A DNA stretch of 64,000 nt. It comes from the human T2T-CHM13v2.0 reference genome, Homo sapiens. The stretch lies in assembly GCF_009914755.1 (NCBI RefSeq), contig NC_060928.1. One strand, given 5' to 3'. Shown one piece after another: positions 1-15,350 of the stretch. Within the stretch, counting starts at the first letter, position 1; every line of letters starts with the position of its first letter. Below the pieces are notes generated by a model. That model was not told the DNA's origin. It was given only the letters and a program-made list of their open reading frames with translations, and searched no databases. The translations under genes were made by a program, and so were the position numbers.

Positions 1-199
1 GGTCATTCTACTAGATTATCAAGCCTTAAGAGATGGTGTAAACTCCTGAATTGTAGCTGGTGGGTCAGAAGTGTAGATGGCTGGGGAACCTCTGAGCTTG
101 CTGCTGTTATCTGAAGTGAGGGCAGTCTCATGGAGGACTGTGCCCTCAGCCAGGGAAGCTTGGCCAACCTTCAGGTAGTTTGGGTCAGAAGTTATTGCA
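1..199 (+). mobile_element. 3' end of an ERVL-type LTR (MER68/MER77/MER21 group)
   Basis: The motif GTCAGAAGT...TCTGAAGTGAGGGCAGTCTCATGGAGGACTGTGCCCT...GTCAGAAGTTATTGCA resembles this LTR group's 3' end and terminates in CA. Confidence 0.55.
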
Positions 200-537
200 T
201 CCAGCAATGCAAAACCCTGAGGTGAGATCCTGCTTTGCATGCTTAAGGAACCACATGGAGGTCTGGGTGACTGCAGTGAGTGGTAAAGAGTAATAATATA
301 TGAGGCCTGACAGGTAGCCAAGACCAGATCATGCAGGCAGTGGTCCTCAGCTCTGGTTGCATTTTAGAATGACTGGGAAGTTTTTCAAAGAAACCAGTGT
401 CCAGGTCCCATCCAGGTCCATAAAATCAGAGTGGCTTTGTAGTTTTCTAAGTTCTTCAGGGAATTCTCATTGTGGTACAGGCACTGGTTGACCAGTGTAT
501 GAAGTAATTAAATTTTGTTCTGAGTATAAGAAGAAGG

Positions 538-964
538 TGATATAGATGGAACATTTGTCCCTTCCAAATCTCATGTTGAAATTTTATCCCCAGTGTTGAA
601 GGTGGGGCTTAGTGAGAGGTGTTTGGGTCATGGGATTGGATCACTCATGAACAGCTTGATGATGTCCTTGCAGTAAGGAGTGAGTTTTTGCTCCATTAGT
701 TCACACGAGAACTAATTATTAAAAAGAGCCCAGCAACTCCTCTTCTCTCACTGCCTCTTTCTTGCTGTGTGATCTCTCTCTATTCATTGGCTCCCCTTTG
801 CTTTCTGCCATGAATAGAAGCAGTCTGAGGTCCTCCTCAGATGCAGATGCCAGTACCATGCTTCTTGTACAGCCTCAGAACCATGAGATAAATTAGCCTT
901 TGTGAAAAATAAAAATTACCCAGACTCAGATATTCTTTTATAGCAATGCAGATGGACTAAGACA
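538..964 (+). mobile_element. MaLR LTR (MSTB/MSTC-like), solo
   Basis: Begins TG, has the MST-type head CCAAATCTCATGTTGAAAT...GGTGGGGC and the terminal TTTATAGCAATGCAGATGGACTAAGACA. Confidence 0.8.
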
Positions 965-1619
965 GAAGCCGATGCAGGCTATTGAGCAGAGGAGTAATAT
1001 TTGCTTTCTTCAAATTTTAAAAGACTCACTTTGGCTACTGTGCCTAGTCAACAACAAGGGTCACTTGAAGCAGTTAGAAAACCATGCCCTATAGCGGAAC
1101 AGGACCAGAGGTAGGAAGGAGGCCAGGTGCAAGAGGAGGTGGCTTGGAATCGGCCACCTCTGTAAGTAGGTACAAACAGATGGCGGAGGTAAGAGAGAAA
1201 TGGTTATATCTGGGGTATGTTTTGAAGAAGGACAATTTGCATATGAATTGTATGTGGAGTATGAGAAAAATAAGTCACATATGAATACATGAGTTTTTCA
1301 TCTAAGCAACAACGTGTAAAAAAAAAAAACCCACAAAAAACAAACAAAAAAACAAATACTAATCACTGTTGCCAGGAGAATGCAGTTAACGGGCCAGGAT
1401 TGAGTCACATGCTCACCCTGCAGCAGGAGGTGAAGTCAGTCTTGCTGAAAACACATGTACTCAAAGGGACAGATGATATTTCACGAGTAAAAATCAGGGC
1501 ATGCTACCAATAGTCAATCAGGGAATGCTACCAATTGCAAACTTTAGGAACAAAATTTAGCTCTTCCTCTTTCCTTTTCAAAACAACCAATCCTAAAGCC
1601 ATTAGGTGGGGCCAAGCAA

Positions 1620-3400
<1,781 letters not shown>

Positions 3401-5904
3401 AAAAGCAGCAGCAACCTTACTGGTAATTCTATTACAATAAATTTTTCTGTTATTGAATGAAGATACATTTCTTTGTATATCATCTTGGAAAATCTTGCAT
3501 TGGAACACACACTGAAAGAGATCTGGGGATTGACCACAGTTTCTTCTTGGAGGAATTTAAATTAACTTCAGCAAACAACTTTTTATCACCCCTAACAAAA
3601 CCCACATTAGGGTAAAACTTTTGCTCCAGGGAAAGTCTTTGACCATACCAGTAATAAGGAAAAGGTGACTAATTTTATCATCCATTCAAACAACACGTCT
3701 AACAGCAAAAGTTTAGACACTGTTTGAATTAAGATTTATTAAAATATAAAGCAGTTGTGTGTAGAGACAGATCAGGGCTTCCATACTGCATTTCTCTGCT
3801 GGCCTTGCCTCACTTACCATTCCAAGTGACTTTCAGAATTTCCCACTGAATTGTGTGACCAAGCTGGTAAATGACATGAAATGAAGTAGGTAGTTTCAGG
3901 ACAACTCCAAGAAAAACAACTAGGCTATTAATAGTGGTTTATGGTATCTCCATACTGTTATGGGACCTATCGTTTACATATTCTGGTTGTGCCAGGTCTA
4001 TTAAAGAAATCTGAGAACGCTGAAGACATTAAGATAGTCCTTTTTAACAAGTAAGAATTTAAAGGAGAATTTCTTGTAATTACTTCAACATAGCCTATTT
4101 TCTATGTATTTGCAATTCTATAACCTAAAGGCCAAAACCAATCATTCCATGTCTAAGTGGTAAAGAAGATAAACACCTTGGAACAGATTTTTCTTTCCAG
4201 TTAGTAGATGTATAGCAAGTTGGCACGATGACTTTATTTTATTTATTTGTTTTGGTGGGGGTTGGGGAAAACCCTTCCTTCTCCATACCTTCTGAAACTG
4301 TTTCCGGGCCTACAGTTCCAGCACTTGCATTGGTCAGAAGAGGGTGTCAGACAGTGTGGGGCACTGACACAGCAATGGGAGCTGAAACAGAGGTCCCTGG
4401 AGGACTGACTCATTTTAGAGATTTTTCTTCATGAGGATATTGGCTAAGATTTTGAACCAACTAAGATCCTAGGGGTTCATGGGCTTATCACTAAAGGGAG
4501 AATGCCCAAGGAGAAAAATATTATTATTATAGTAATAATAATAAATAATAATTATAATTAATTTTAATACTAAAATGAAATGTAGCTTTATATCATAACC
4601 AAGTTATTAAAGATGAACATATCAGTTACATTAAGATAAAAACAATCAGGTAATCACATGCATATATCTCTTTGCCTTAAGTGTTTAATCTCAGATACAT
4701 ATATATATTCACACACACAGTGTTTCTGCTGTATCTTTCATACAAACGGTAAATCATGATCAATTAGTTATTTCAGATAGGGTGATAGGACTCTGGGAAG
4801 TACCAATGAAAAACTAAAAAACAAAAAAAAAAACTAAATACATAGCCAAATGAGTACAGATTTGCTAAGGAGTGTTGACTAAAGTCTGAGTAGATCCTTA
4901 TTCCCATTAATAAGATATATATATTTTAACATTTGACTATTTCAAATATGTGTGTGTAGGGTATACAGAATGTTTGTCCTAAAATAACCAGATAATTTGC
5001 AATATAAACTTACTGTAAATTAAAGAATCATTAATTTTAAGCTATAATTCCTGAAGAGACAGACATTCTTGTGATTAATGAATTTTGAAAGCTTGAAGTG
5101 AACATTTTCTGGAGTTAGCATACCCTGGAGGCAATTTCTATCTCTGCTGCTTAATCTTTCTTATTTCCTTGTCTATAATCTGTTTCCTTAACTAGGTCAT
5201 AACAACTTATTAATCATTATAAAATATTTATTATCCTTTAAGTACTCTTGACCATCATTGTTTTAATCTGATATGTAGAATGACATGAACATAGTTTGTC
5301 ACATTCAGTATTTGTATAAACATTGAAGGTACTACCGAGAGGAGAAAACCACTAAAATCATGATCAATTTTAACAAAAATAATTTTTTAAAATTTTAAAT
5401 GAAGCAAAAAACCTAGATTTAAAGATTAAATTTTATATTGGGTTTGGGAAATTTCATCCTACAGAAACAAAATGAGAGTACTGTGGTACTTTTCATGATC
5501 TTTCACTTTTATGCCTAGATTTCCTCATCTGGAAAGTATGAATTCTACTAGTTGCCCAGATTTTCTTCTTACGAAGATTTAAGAGGAACAAATTCAAATT
5601 CCTAAGAAAAAAGTTGCTATATGATTTTAAAGTTGTTATTTTTCATCAATAATTGTTGCATCTGAACTGGCAAATGACAAAATAAAAATATAATTTTGAA
5701 TATATAAAATTTACATGACATATAAATTTACATTATATGTATGGAGTCTTTGTCCTAGACACTTTATGGAAGTTTACCATAGAAAGAATCAGAATTTTCT
5801 CATGGAAAAAAACAGTAGTTGTGTGCCATATATATTTAAAGCATGCATATTTGATTATTTTCTTCAATTCTTCTGATATTTTCATTTAAAAATTAAACTT
5901 ACAA

Positions 5905-6203
5905 TTTTTTTTTTCAAAAACAGAGTCTCATCCCTCTGTCACCCAGGCTGCAGTGCAGCTGCACAATCACAGCTTGCTGCAGCCTTGACCTCCTGAGCTT
6001 ATGCAATTCTCCCACCTCACCCTCTGCAGTAGCTGGGACTATAGGCACGCACCACTGCGCCGGGCTAATTTTTTTTTTTTTAATATTTTGTAGAGATGGG
6101 AATCTTCCTATGTTGCCCAGGTTGGTCTTGAACTCCTGGGCCCAAGTGATCCTCCCGCCTCAGCCTCCCAAAGTGTTGGGGCTACAGGCATGAGCCACAA
6201 GCC
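5905..6203 (-). mobile_element. AluJ
   Basis: Antisense dimeric Alu with J-type diagnostic GCAGCCTTGACCTCCTG. Confidence 0.9.
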
Positions 6204-8041
6204 AAAATTTAGATTTTCTGAAAGACTTAACCAAACAGGTACATTCAAATTTTTTGAACCTGAAAAGGTAGTTTCAATTATTCCCTCACTTATTTGTGAA
6301 GAAATCATTAATATCTATGTAAAGTGCTACAAGAATCAGGGGTGAAAAGGACAACGAAGCTCCAAAGGCAGAAGAACTATTGAGAAAACAGTTTGAGCCT
6401 TTTTTCCAGTCTAGGTACAGATTATGGGGTAGAGATGGAGAGTCTGCTTTTGAGCTGCCTTACCTTATACCCTTCCCCATTAAAGCTTAACAGAAAGCAC
6501 TAGAACTTATAATTATTAAGATTGAAATGAGAATCATGCTTAGTTTCAAAAATTTAAGTCTATAGTCACCGGGTGCTCTCACTTAAAATAGTTTAGTTAT
6601 TTCATCATTTTTTACTTCTGGGAGAAATTCTTGGCACATAGTGAACAGGAATGAAAACATGAGACAGCAAAAAGTCTCAGCACAGTGCAATCTGAAAGGT
6701 TCAGAGGCATCCTTTATGTAATAAGTAATGGAGTCACTGGAAAACTGCCTTTAAAAACAGAAGTCTCTTGCCAAAAGTGAAGACTAACCATAGCATTTGA
6801 GGAATAAAGCAGCATGAGGCAAACACCAGGAAATGTTCAAGGCAAGTTTCTTATGTAAAGACCCATAATGAAATATTTAATAAAGTCTCATTTAAACAAA
6901 TTATGCTAGATAAAAATTTGCATTGTATTTCTTAGTCAAGGTGGAGTGGGGTTGAGGGAGTAAGCAGGAGAGGGAATTACTACCTGGCTAAAAGCAGCTC
7001 TAAAATTGTATCACAGGTGTGTGATACAAAGAGAAGTGTAGAGAACAAAGAGAACAATTTCTTTTCCTTTATGCCCAGTTGAGTTTCTCTGCCCCAAGTG
7101 GTTTGTAGAAGACCCTTCTTGCATACTGCCAACAAAATTTTCACATCCACTAGATATTCCATGATTTATAAGTATTATAAATAAAAAGCAAAAGGGGTCA
7201 TTTCTAGTTACACAAAAAGGGGAGAAGAGTTTTTGGGCTGAAATTCTCCAATGGCCTTTAGCAGAAAAATGAAGCCTTTTTAAAAATACTTGGCACAAAA
7301 GTTTTTATTCAAGTAAGTGTTAGGTTAAGGGGAGTTAAAAAGAGGGTTTTTCTAACAACACTTTTTACAACCAAGAGACATCTAAGGTTAAAGTGGGCTT
7401 CCAGATAGTGAGGAGGCATCTGTGGCCAGCTCTTCCTAAAGAAGCTCCTTAAATCAGGGTGTGGCAGACAGAGTTGGTGGATCTTGTAACCACCAAAGAG
7501 AATTAGACCATCTCTGGAAGGACCAATGATTAATAATCAGATGGCCTTTCTTCGTTAGAAAAAAATGAGTATCTCAACAAAGAAAATGCCCATTAAAATG
7601 TCTTACTCTGCAAATTCTGCAACTGCATGAAAGGAAAAAAATCTGCTTCGGTTCTATACATTGAATATCATGAAGTAAGCCAAGTTAAGTAATAGTTGCC
7701 TACCTAGAACCTACAAATTTTGTTTGCATTAGAATTTGAATACTGAAACTAATTTTTTCCTACCTCAACAAATCTTCAAATGTTGACCAACTGGGTCTTT
7801 ATATCATATTTTTTCATAGATACCTTATGAAAAGTGATTGCATCTCAATTCTTATAAGAGGATCACAAATAAGATTCTTCAAGAAAACAAGTGTGGAGAG
7901 TAGGATCAAAAAAACATTTTTTAACTAAGTAACAGCTTTGGAAATACTTTCTCTTTTCCCCCTACCCCTGTTGAAAAGCAGTAACCTTTCTTTAACTTAA
8001 GGATATAATGTTAGGGAATAATGTTAAAATACTGGCATATT

Positions 8042-9175
8042 TTTATTTTTTTAAATTTTACTTTAAATTCCAGGATACATGTGCAGAATGTGCAAAGGTA
8101 TACATGTATACGTGTTCCAAGGTGGTTTGCTGTACTTATTGACCTGTCCTCTAAGTTCCCTCCCCTTGTACCCCACCCTCCAACAGGCCTTGGTGTGTGT
8201 TGTTCCCCTCCCTGTGTCCATGTGTTCTCATTGTTCAACTTCTACTTATGAGTGAGAACATGGGGCATTTGGTTTTCTGTCCCTGTGTTAGTTTGCTGAG
8301 GATGATGGCTTCCAGTTTCATCCATATCCCTGCAAAGGACATGATCTTATTCTTTTTTATGGCTGCATAGTATTCCATGGCGTGCATGTGCCACATTTTC
8401 TTTATGCAGTCTATCACTGATGGGCATTTGGGTTGGTTCCATGACTTTGCTATTGTAAACAGTGCTGCAGTAAACATACGTGTGTGTGTGTGTCTTTATA
8501 GCAGAATGATTCATATTCCTTTGGGTATATACCCAGTAATGGGGTTGCTGGGTCAAATAGTATTTCTGGTTCTAGATCCTTAAGGAATTGCCATATTGTC
8601 TTCCACAATGGTTGAACTAATTTACATTCCCACCAACAGTGTAAAAGTGTTCCTATTTCTCCACAGCCTCGCCAGCATCTACTGTTTCTTGACTTTTTAA
8701 TAATTACCATTTTGACTGCCATGAAATGATATCTCATTGAGGTTTTGATTTGCATTTCTCTGATGATCAGCGATGTTGAGCTTTTTTTCATATGTCTGTT
8801 AGCTATGTAAATGTCTTCTTTTGAAAAATGTCTGTTTATATCCTTTGCCCACTTTTTGATGGGGTTGTTTCTTTCCTTGTAAATTTGTTTAAGTTCCTTG
8901 TAAATTCTGGATATTAGACCTTTGTCTGATGGGTAGACTGCAAAAATTTTCTCCCATTCTGTAGGTTGACTGTTTACTTTGGTGATAGTTTCTTTTGCTG
9001 TGCAGAAGCTCTTTATTTCCATTTGTCAATTTTGGCGTTTGTCGCAATTGCTTTTGGTGTTTTCACCATGAAGTCCTCACTCATCCCTATGTCCTGAATG
9101 ATATTGCCTAGGTTTTCTTCTAGGGTTTTTATGGTTTGGGGTTTTACATTTAAGTCTTTAATCCACCTTGAGTTA
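8042..9175 (-). mobile_element. 5'-truncated L1PA (ORF2 C-terminus plus 3'UTR) with 16-bp TSD
   Basis: ORF track 8450..9022 gives the L1 ORF2 C-terminus ([26 protein letters not shown]). TSD AAAATACTGGCATATT lies at 8026-8041 and 9176-9191. Confidence 0.95.
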
Positions 9176-9293
9176 AAAATACTGGCATATTGTATAATTG
9201 TACTCACTATTTAAGAAGGGCCAAATCTCTTATCAAGGATCTTTGAGTGAGGAAGTGCATGTTAGTGTTCTAAAGATTGAAAGATTGAAACCC

Positions 9294-10015
9294 GTGGTAC
9301 CAGTCTGCAAGATGACCCCAATAATTGCTGACTCCTAGTCACACCCTAGTGTAGTCTCCTCCCACATCAAACAGGGCTGCCTTGTGTAACCTACAGGATA
9401 TTGTGGGAATAACAGTGTATGACTTCCAAGGCTATATCATAACACACATTGTGGCTTCCACCTTGTGCTCTCTTGGATGCTTTCTCTAGAGCAAGCTTGT
9501 CCAACCCATGGCCTGTGGACTGTACACAGCCCAGGACAGTTATGAATGCAGCCCAATGCAAATTCGTAAACTTTCTTAAAATATTATGAGATTTTGTGAT
9601 TTTTTTTTTTTTTTTAGCTCATCAGCCATCATTAATGTTAGTGTATTTCCTGTGTGGCCCAAGACAATTCTTCTTCCAATGTGCCCCAGGGAAGCCAAAA
9701 GATTGGACACCCCTGCTCTAGAGGAAGCCAACCGACAAGTCATGGTGACACTTAAGCAACTCTATGGAAAGGTACTCATGACAAGGAACTGAGGCCTCCT
9801 TACCATTCATGTGAATGGGCTGTCTTGGAAATGGATCTTCTTGACCCAGTCAAGCCTTTAGATGGCTGTGACCCCTGTCAACATCTTGACAGCAATCACA
9901 TGAGGCTTTGAGGTAAACTGCTCCCAGATTTCCGATCTGCCAAAAATGCTGAGATTATGCATGTTTATTGTTGTAAATCATTAAGTTTAGGATAATTTGT
10001 TTCTACAGCAATAGT
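9294..10015 (+). mobile_element. MLT1-type MaLR LTR, interrupted by MER30
   Basis: MLT1 motifs: AAGATGACCCCAAT, GGAACTGAGGCCTC, CCCAGTCAAGCCTT.AGATG and the terminal TTGTT..ACAGCAATAG. Confidence 0.7.
9492..9715. mobile_element. MER30 (hAT-Charlie MITE) with 8-bp TSD
   Basis: Ends CAAGCTTGTCCAACCC and AAAAGATTGGACACCCCTG. Perfect TSD CTCTAGAG at 9484-9491 and 9716-9723. Confidence 0.85.
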
Positions 10016-10149
10016 TTACAAAGTCTTTTTCCCCCTAAGAAATACTAACAGTGATACAAATGAACATGGCCATCTTAAGGCAAGTTGATGGGCTCTGTGG
10101 AGTTACTGGTACTTAGATGGAAACTTATCTCAATAAATTTGCAATTTAG

Positions 10150-10470
10150 TTTCTTGTTTCTCAAAGTCTTGTACCAAGACCAGCAGCATTGGCATTACCC
10201 AGGGGCTCATCAGAAATGCAGAATCTCAAACTCCACCCCAGAGCTACAGAATAGCAATCTGCATTTTAACGAGATTCCCCTATGACATGTAAATATATTA
10301 AAGTTTGAGAAGAAGCACTGATTTATTTGATTCCTGGTGTTACAGCCTGTGGTTGGAAACTCTGGATATACCTTAGGGGTACTTTTAAAAAAATACTGTT
10401 GGAGAAGCCCGTCTCCAGAAATTCTGATTTAACTGATCTAGGTTGAGGCCTTTTAAGGTGGTGGACCTAA
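10150..10470. mobile_element. MER5A/MER5B fragments
   Basis: TTCTCAAAGT..CCAGCAGCAT..AGAAATGCAGAATCTC..AATCTGCATTTTAAC..TAAAGTTTGAGAA, followed by a second MER5-like piece (AGAAATTCTGATTTAA). Confidence 0.7.
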
Positions 10471-11429
10471 TGATGCTGCAGGATTTTCCTCTAGAAAAAC
10501 TACATTGAAGCCTCAGATCAGCTCTGACTTCCTAGCATGCCCCAACCCCGCAGGAAGTTAGGTATGCCCAGGTGTATGCCCAGAACTGCCTTAGGAGTAG
10601 TATTGTGCACCGAGCAGGAGACCTTTCTGGAGCTGCCATGAAGGGTGTGTATGCGTGTGTGTGCGTGTGTTTGGTGGGGCGCACCAACTTCACAGATGCT
10701 AGACCGTTGCATGTGCTTCTACCTTCTTTTATTCATGCTCTTCCAGGACTCAGTTCAACCCGAAAAAAAGCAACTATGCCTTTCTTCCTGAAAGGTCAGT
10801 TTGGATTGCTGTCTAGGGCTGCTCAGAAAACCAGGTGTTGAATGTTCTAAGGTTTCACGTGCCAAATTGGGATCAAACATATTTGAGCTTTATTTTTCCT
10901 AATAACAAAATGCAAGTAACTAGTATTTCTCTTAAGTCTTGGAAAAGATGTTTTTATTGTTGAATAGACACTACGGCATTAAGATTTCCACTATGATGGG
11001 TGCTCACAAATGATAGGCCTCTTAGGTAAGAAGCTTTAATTGACAACATTAAATATGCGGGGCGGGGGGAGTGGGTGCAGAGTCTCTCTTTCCTTTGTTA
11101 GGGCATCCCAGTGACAGAAACAATGCCTGACACATGGTACGCTCTCGATAAATATTCGTTGATTACATAACCCCCTCTACCACCCAATAACTTCTCATCA
11201 TTCATTCAAAGTTACTGAACGTACCATATTAGCGAATCTGCAATGGAAACAGTGGAGGCTGTTTTCTCAAAGGATTTTCTAATAAAGCAACAAATCTTTT
11301 TTAAAAAAAATGAATGGTGTGCCCCAAGTCAATGCTGGGCTTCGGATTTCTGCGGTAGTTTGGCCTGGGGTCCTCACTGGGATGCTGGCTGGGGATGTGC
11401 TCCCTGCCCTTGAATCTCCTTCCTTTGTA

Positions 11430-12880
11430 GTTTTTGGCCTGCGCGGTTACGTTTCCCAGGCGGAGGAGCGCGCGTCGCGGCTGCGCCCATTAACGCGCGG
11501 CGCCGGGCAGGAGCCGTCAGGCGGGCGGGGCTGCCCGGGACCCGCAGGAGCTGCTCCTCCCGCGCCGGCGCTCGGCCCCCTCCTCCCCTTCTCCGCGGTT
11601 TGGCATCCCCGGGGCCGGGAAGCCTCCTCCAGCGCTGACAGCCTGTCGGCGGCGGAGGGAGGCCAGAGCGCGGATGCTTGCCAGTGGGCCGGGCCTGACC
11701 GCTGCGTGGGAGGCGGGCTGCATTATTTCCCGCTAGGGCCGCGCTCCAGGGAAGGAAGGGGCCAGACACGGCCCTCTCAGCCCCGAACGGCGCGCGCTGC
11801 CCGGCGGGCGGGATCCGGGCGCGGCCGAGGCGGCGGCGCTGCACCCCGGGCCTGGGCCCGCGCGACTCCCCCGGGGGCCTCTCCCACGCTCCGCGCCCCG
11901 CCCCACCCTTCCTTCCTTCCTCCCCTCGGCGCTCCCGGGAGCGCTCGGCAGACGCCCGAGCTTTGTGGGCGCCCGCGGGCCCAGCGCGAGCCTCGGGCGG
12001 CCCAACTTTGCCTCTCCCGGTCGGCTCCCGAGCGGGACTTGTGAGGCGTGGCCGGGTGGAGGAGGCGCTTGCGGGGGCGTGGGGCTCCCCGGCAGGCGGG
12101 AGGCACGGAGCAAGTCGCACTGGACAATGACCTGGGCAGCTCGGCGCTGCGGACACTTTTAGCTGAGGGCGCGGGCGGGTCGGCTCCTCCGCGGCTCCTC
12201 GGCCCCACCTGCGCGGAGAGGGCGGGATGCCAGAGCCAGGTGTCCCGGCGCGTTAAGGGCCCTCGCAGTCAGACGTCCCTGCACCGGCGCTCGCACCCTT
12301 AGTCGGCCCGGAACGTCTTTTTGCGGACGCCCTCGGAGCAGCCGCGATGGCCAGCACCAGGAGTATCGAGCTGGAGCACTTTGAGGAACGGGACAAAAGG
12401 CCGCGGCCGGGGTCGCGGAGAGGGGCCCCCAGCTCCTCCGGGGGCAGCAGCAGCTCGGGCCCCAAGGGGAACGGGCTCATCCCCAGTCCGGCGCACAGTG
12501 CCCACTGCAGCTTCTACCGCACGCGGACCCTGCAGGCCCTCAGCTCGGAGAAGAAGGCCAAGAAGGCGCGCTTCTACCGGAACGGGGACCGCTACTTCAA
12601 GGGCCTGGTGTTTGCCATCTCCAGCGACCGCTTCCGGTCCTTCGATGCGCTCCTCATAGAGCTCACCCGCTCCCTGTCGGACAACGTGAACCTGCCCCAG
12701 GGTGTCCGCACTATCTACACCATCGACGGCAGCCGGAAGGTCACCAGCCTGGACGAGCTGCTGGAAGGTAGGAGGGGAGGGCGCCGCACGGCAGGTGCGG
12801 CGGAGCGCCGGCAGGTGCAGTGGGCGTGAGCCGGCGCAGCGGGGAGCCCGCGGGGTGCTTTCCAAGCCGCACGGGAATTG
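11430..12880. promoter_or_regulatory. DCLK2: CpG island spanning the DCLK2 promoter, 5'UTR and exon 1
   Basis: Abrupt switch to very GC- and CpG-rich sequence with multiple GC boxes (GGGCGG), surrounding the DCLK2 start codon. The exact TSS cannot be read from sequence. Confidence 0.9.
12347..12767 (+). CDS. DCLK2: DCLK2 coding exon 1 (N-terminus plus first doublecortin domain), 421 nt, phase-1 end
   Basis: ATG in good context (GCGATGG). Translates [22 protein letters not shown]...[12 protein letters not shown]...[34 protein letters not shown]...LDELLE. Donor AAG|GTAGGA at 12767/12768. Confidence 0.97.
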
Positions 12881-13290
12881 ATGCTTCTGTCTGCTTCTCT
12901 AGAGATTGGCTGGGGGTGGGGGCCGGTGGGGTGCCCACATACACACTGACTTTCCTTCCCAAGAGGTTTGTCTCTTAAAGAAGGAAAAAATTTCCTGATG
13001 GTCAGGCCAATTTAGGCACTGGTGGCATCTCCTAAGATTGTTGAACTTATTTGTATTGAAGTGCAAACTGTTTGAGAAAATGGTTCTCCCATGGGGAGCT
13101 GGGTAATCCCCTACTAATAAGCTCTGTTGGACCCTCGGTGTGGACCCTGGTGCAGGCTCCTGTCATGTTCCAGTATTCGGGGTCCTGTTGTGACTGCTGT
13201 CAGAAGCTGTGGTTGTGAAATGCTCTAGGTTGGCTTTCCTAGTTTGCCTTGCAGCAGAAGTTACTTGAGGTGAAGAGGGATGATCCTAGA

Positions 13291-13480
13291 CAGCAGGTCT
13301 CAACCTTGGCTTCATCTTGGATCACACTGGGGACTTCGAAAAATATGGGACCCTGATCCCCCAACCCCCAGATATCCTGATTAAATTGGTTGGGTTTGGG
13401 GTGTGGGTTAGGCGTCTGGAGTCTCAAAAGCCCCCCCCCCAGGTGATTCTAATGTGGGACCCTGGTTAACAATCACCGTG
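13291..13480. mobile_element. MER5B-like DNA element
   Basis: CAGCAGGTCTCAACCTTGGCT..ATCACACTGGGGA..CTGATTAAATTGGT..CCCCAGGTGATTCTAATGTG. Confidence 0.7.
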
Positions 13481-15031
13481 CTAAAGGGTTTTCCACATTT
13501 GGTTGGAAAAAAGGTAAATCAAGGTCAATCTCTCCAGCCTTATCCTCTAATAAGAGTACCTAATTAGAATGATAGAGGCCATTGGATTCAGCAGTGGGGA
13601 CTTATTAAAAATTAGTAATTCTGCTGTGTCAACCATGCCTCGGTCAAAGAGACTGCTTGGCTGGATGTTGGGTCATCCTTGAATTCCTGCAATACGTATG
13701 CCTCATCCTTTTCAGGTAGAAAAGGCATTATCAGTAGTTAAGAACCTGTTTCCAGTTCTAAATAACATCCAGAAAGACCAGGCAGAACCCAGGTATGTGC
13801 TGACTGCGTGTTTACATACAGTCCGCTCTTGTGCATCTTTCTTAATGCAAATGGCACATTCCATGTAGTCATAGCAATAGCTTGGCAGGGAGAGGAAGCT
13901 GAACATCAAGCCAGATGTTTTTCTTATATTATCTCAGCATGCTTTTCTGTCCTGAAGGCATTATCCCCATTTTATAGATGAGGAAACTTAGGCAGCATGC
14001 CTTGCCTCACAGTGCCTGCAGCATATACTTTCTCGTCTACGATTCACCTCTGCTGAGCTAATGGAGCCACATGGAGGAAAACTAAAGGTCGTTGAGTTTG
14101 TCTATTTAGTCAGAAGTTTTTGCTGCCCTGCCTAGAACGCGACCCAGCCAAAATTAAATTGTCTCTTCAGTCTACATATGTATGTGCTTGTGACTTCACC
14201 CATTCTGTCAGTTGTGTGTTTTGGTTTTAAGGGCTTCTTGAGGAGGTAAGGGGATAGCTGGAGGAGTATAAGTAAAAAAGGAAGATACAATGTTCAAAGG
14301 GCCTTGTTGCTTTTCTTAATCATGTTAAACACTTAAAAGCAATATTTGCCTAGCTATTTTAAAACAGAGTAACCAGTTGTTTGACTGACCCAAGATCAGA
14401 TTTGCAGGATCAAGGCAATGCCTGTTTGCTTAAGCACTTGTTACTCAACATGCCATTGGGATACTACTGTTCCTGGTATGGTTTCTTAAGAGTCAACAAT
14501 GTTAATATCCTTCTCTAAAGAAATTTTAACAGTGGATTTACTACATAAAATTGACATAACGTAAACATGAATCTCATAGGAGAGATGATAAGATGGACAT
14601 TATGCATGTCCATTAATAGGAGTACTTAGTATAGATTGCGTCTTTTACCGCCCACCGCATGCATGTCCACTGGGTCTACTTCTGCAACTGTAGTTTCAAC
14701 TACAAATTGACTTAACAAATTTCCTTCAAATCATTCACTGATTTTTAGTGGATGGGGATTTGGAAAAAACATTATCTATGGAGTCCAAATCATACCAAAA
14801 TATGATAAATAATATAACAAATAGTTGCACAGCCAAAATTTTTTTTATGACTTTGCCCACTTCTTTGAAGAAGTTTTTAATACAATAAAATTACTGCAAA
14901 AGAAGAAAACTTGGACACTTTTTTTGTCATATGGAACTCTCTCTGACAATGGGTCTTTGTTTAATTCTTCAGTTTTCCCCCAAATTAGTAGAATACTCCA
15001 TAGCAATGCAATTTTTTTTTTAAAGAAAATA

Positions 15032-15350
<319 letters not shown>

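Noticed and set aside
19-321. 100-aa minus-strand ORF
   Set aside because: It overlaps an LTR remnant and shows no recognisable protein similarity.
8235-9207. L1 ORF2-like ORFs as functional reverse transcriptase
   Set aside because: The element is 5'-truncated and frameshifted; only C-terminal fragments remain.
11620-11645. TCCAGCGCTGACAGC as a REST/NRSE site
   Set aside because: Half-site sequence and spacing do not match TCAGCACCnnGGACAG well enough.
12768-12829. Read-through of the exon 1 ORF ([20 protein letters not shown])
   Set aside because: It lies beyond the GT donor, and homology to DCX domains resumes only in exon 2.
11310-12962. Many long overlapping ORFs on both strands (244, 260, 188 and 143 aa, among others)
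   Set aside because: They are Pro/Gly/Arg/Ala-rich, lack recognisable domains and arise from stop-codon scarcity in the CpG island. The 188-aa ORF is simply antisense to DCLK2 exon 1.
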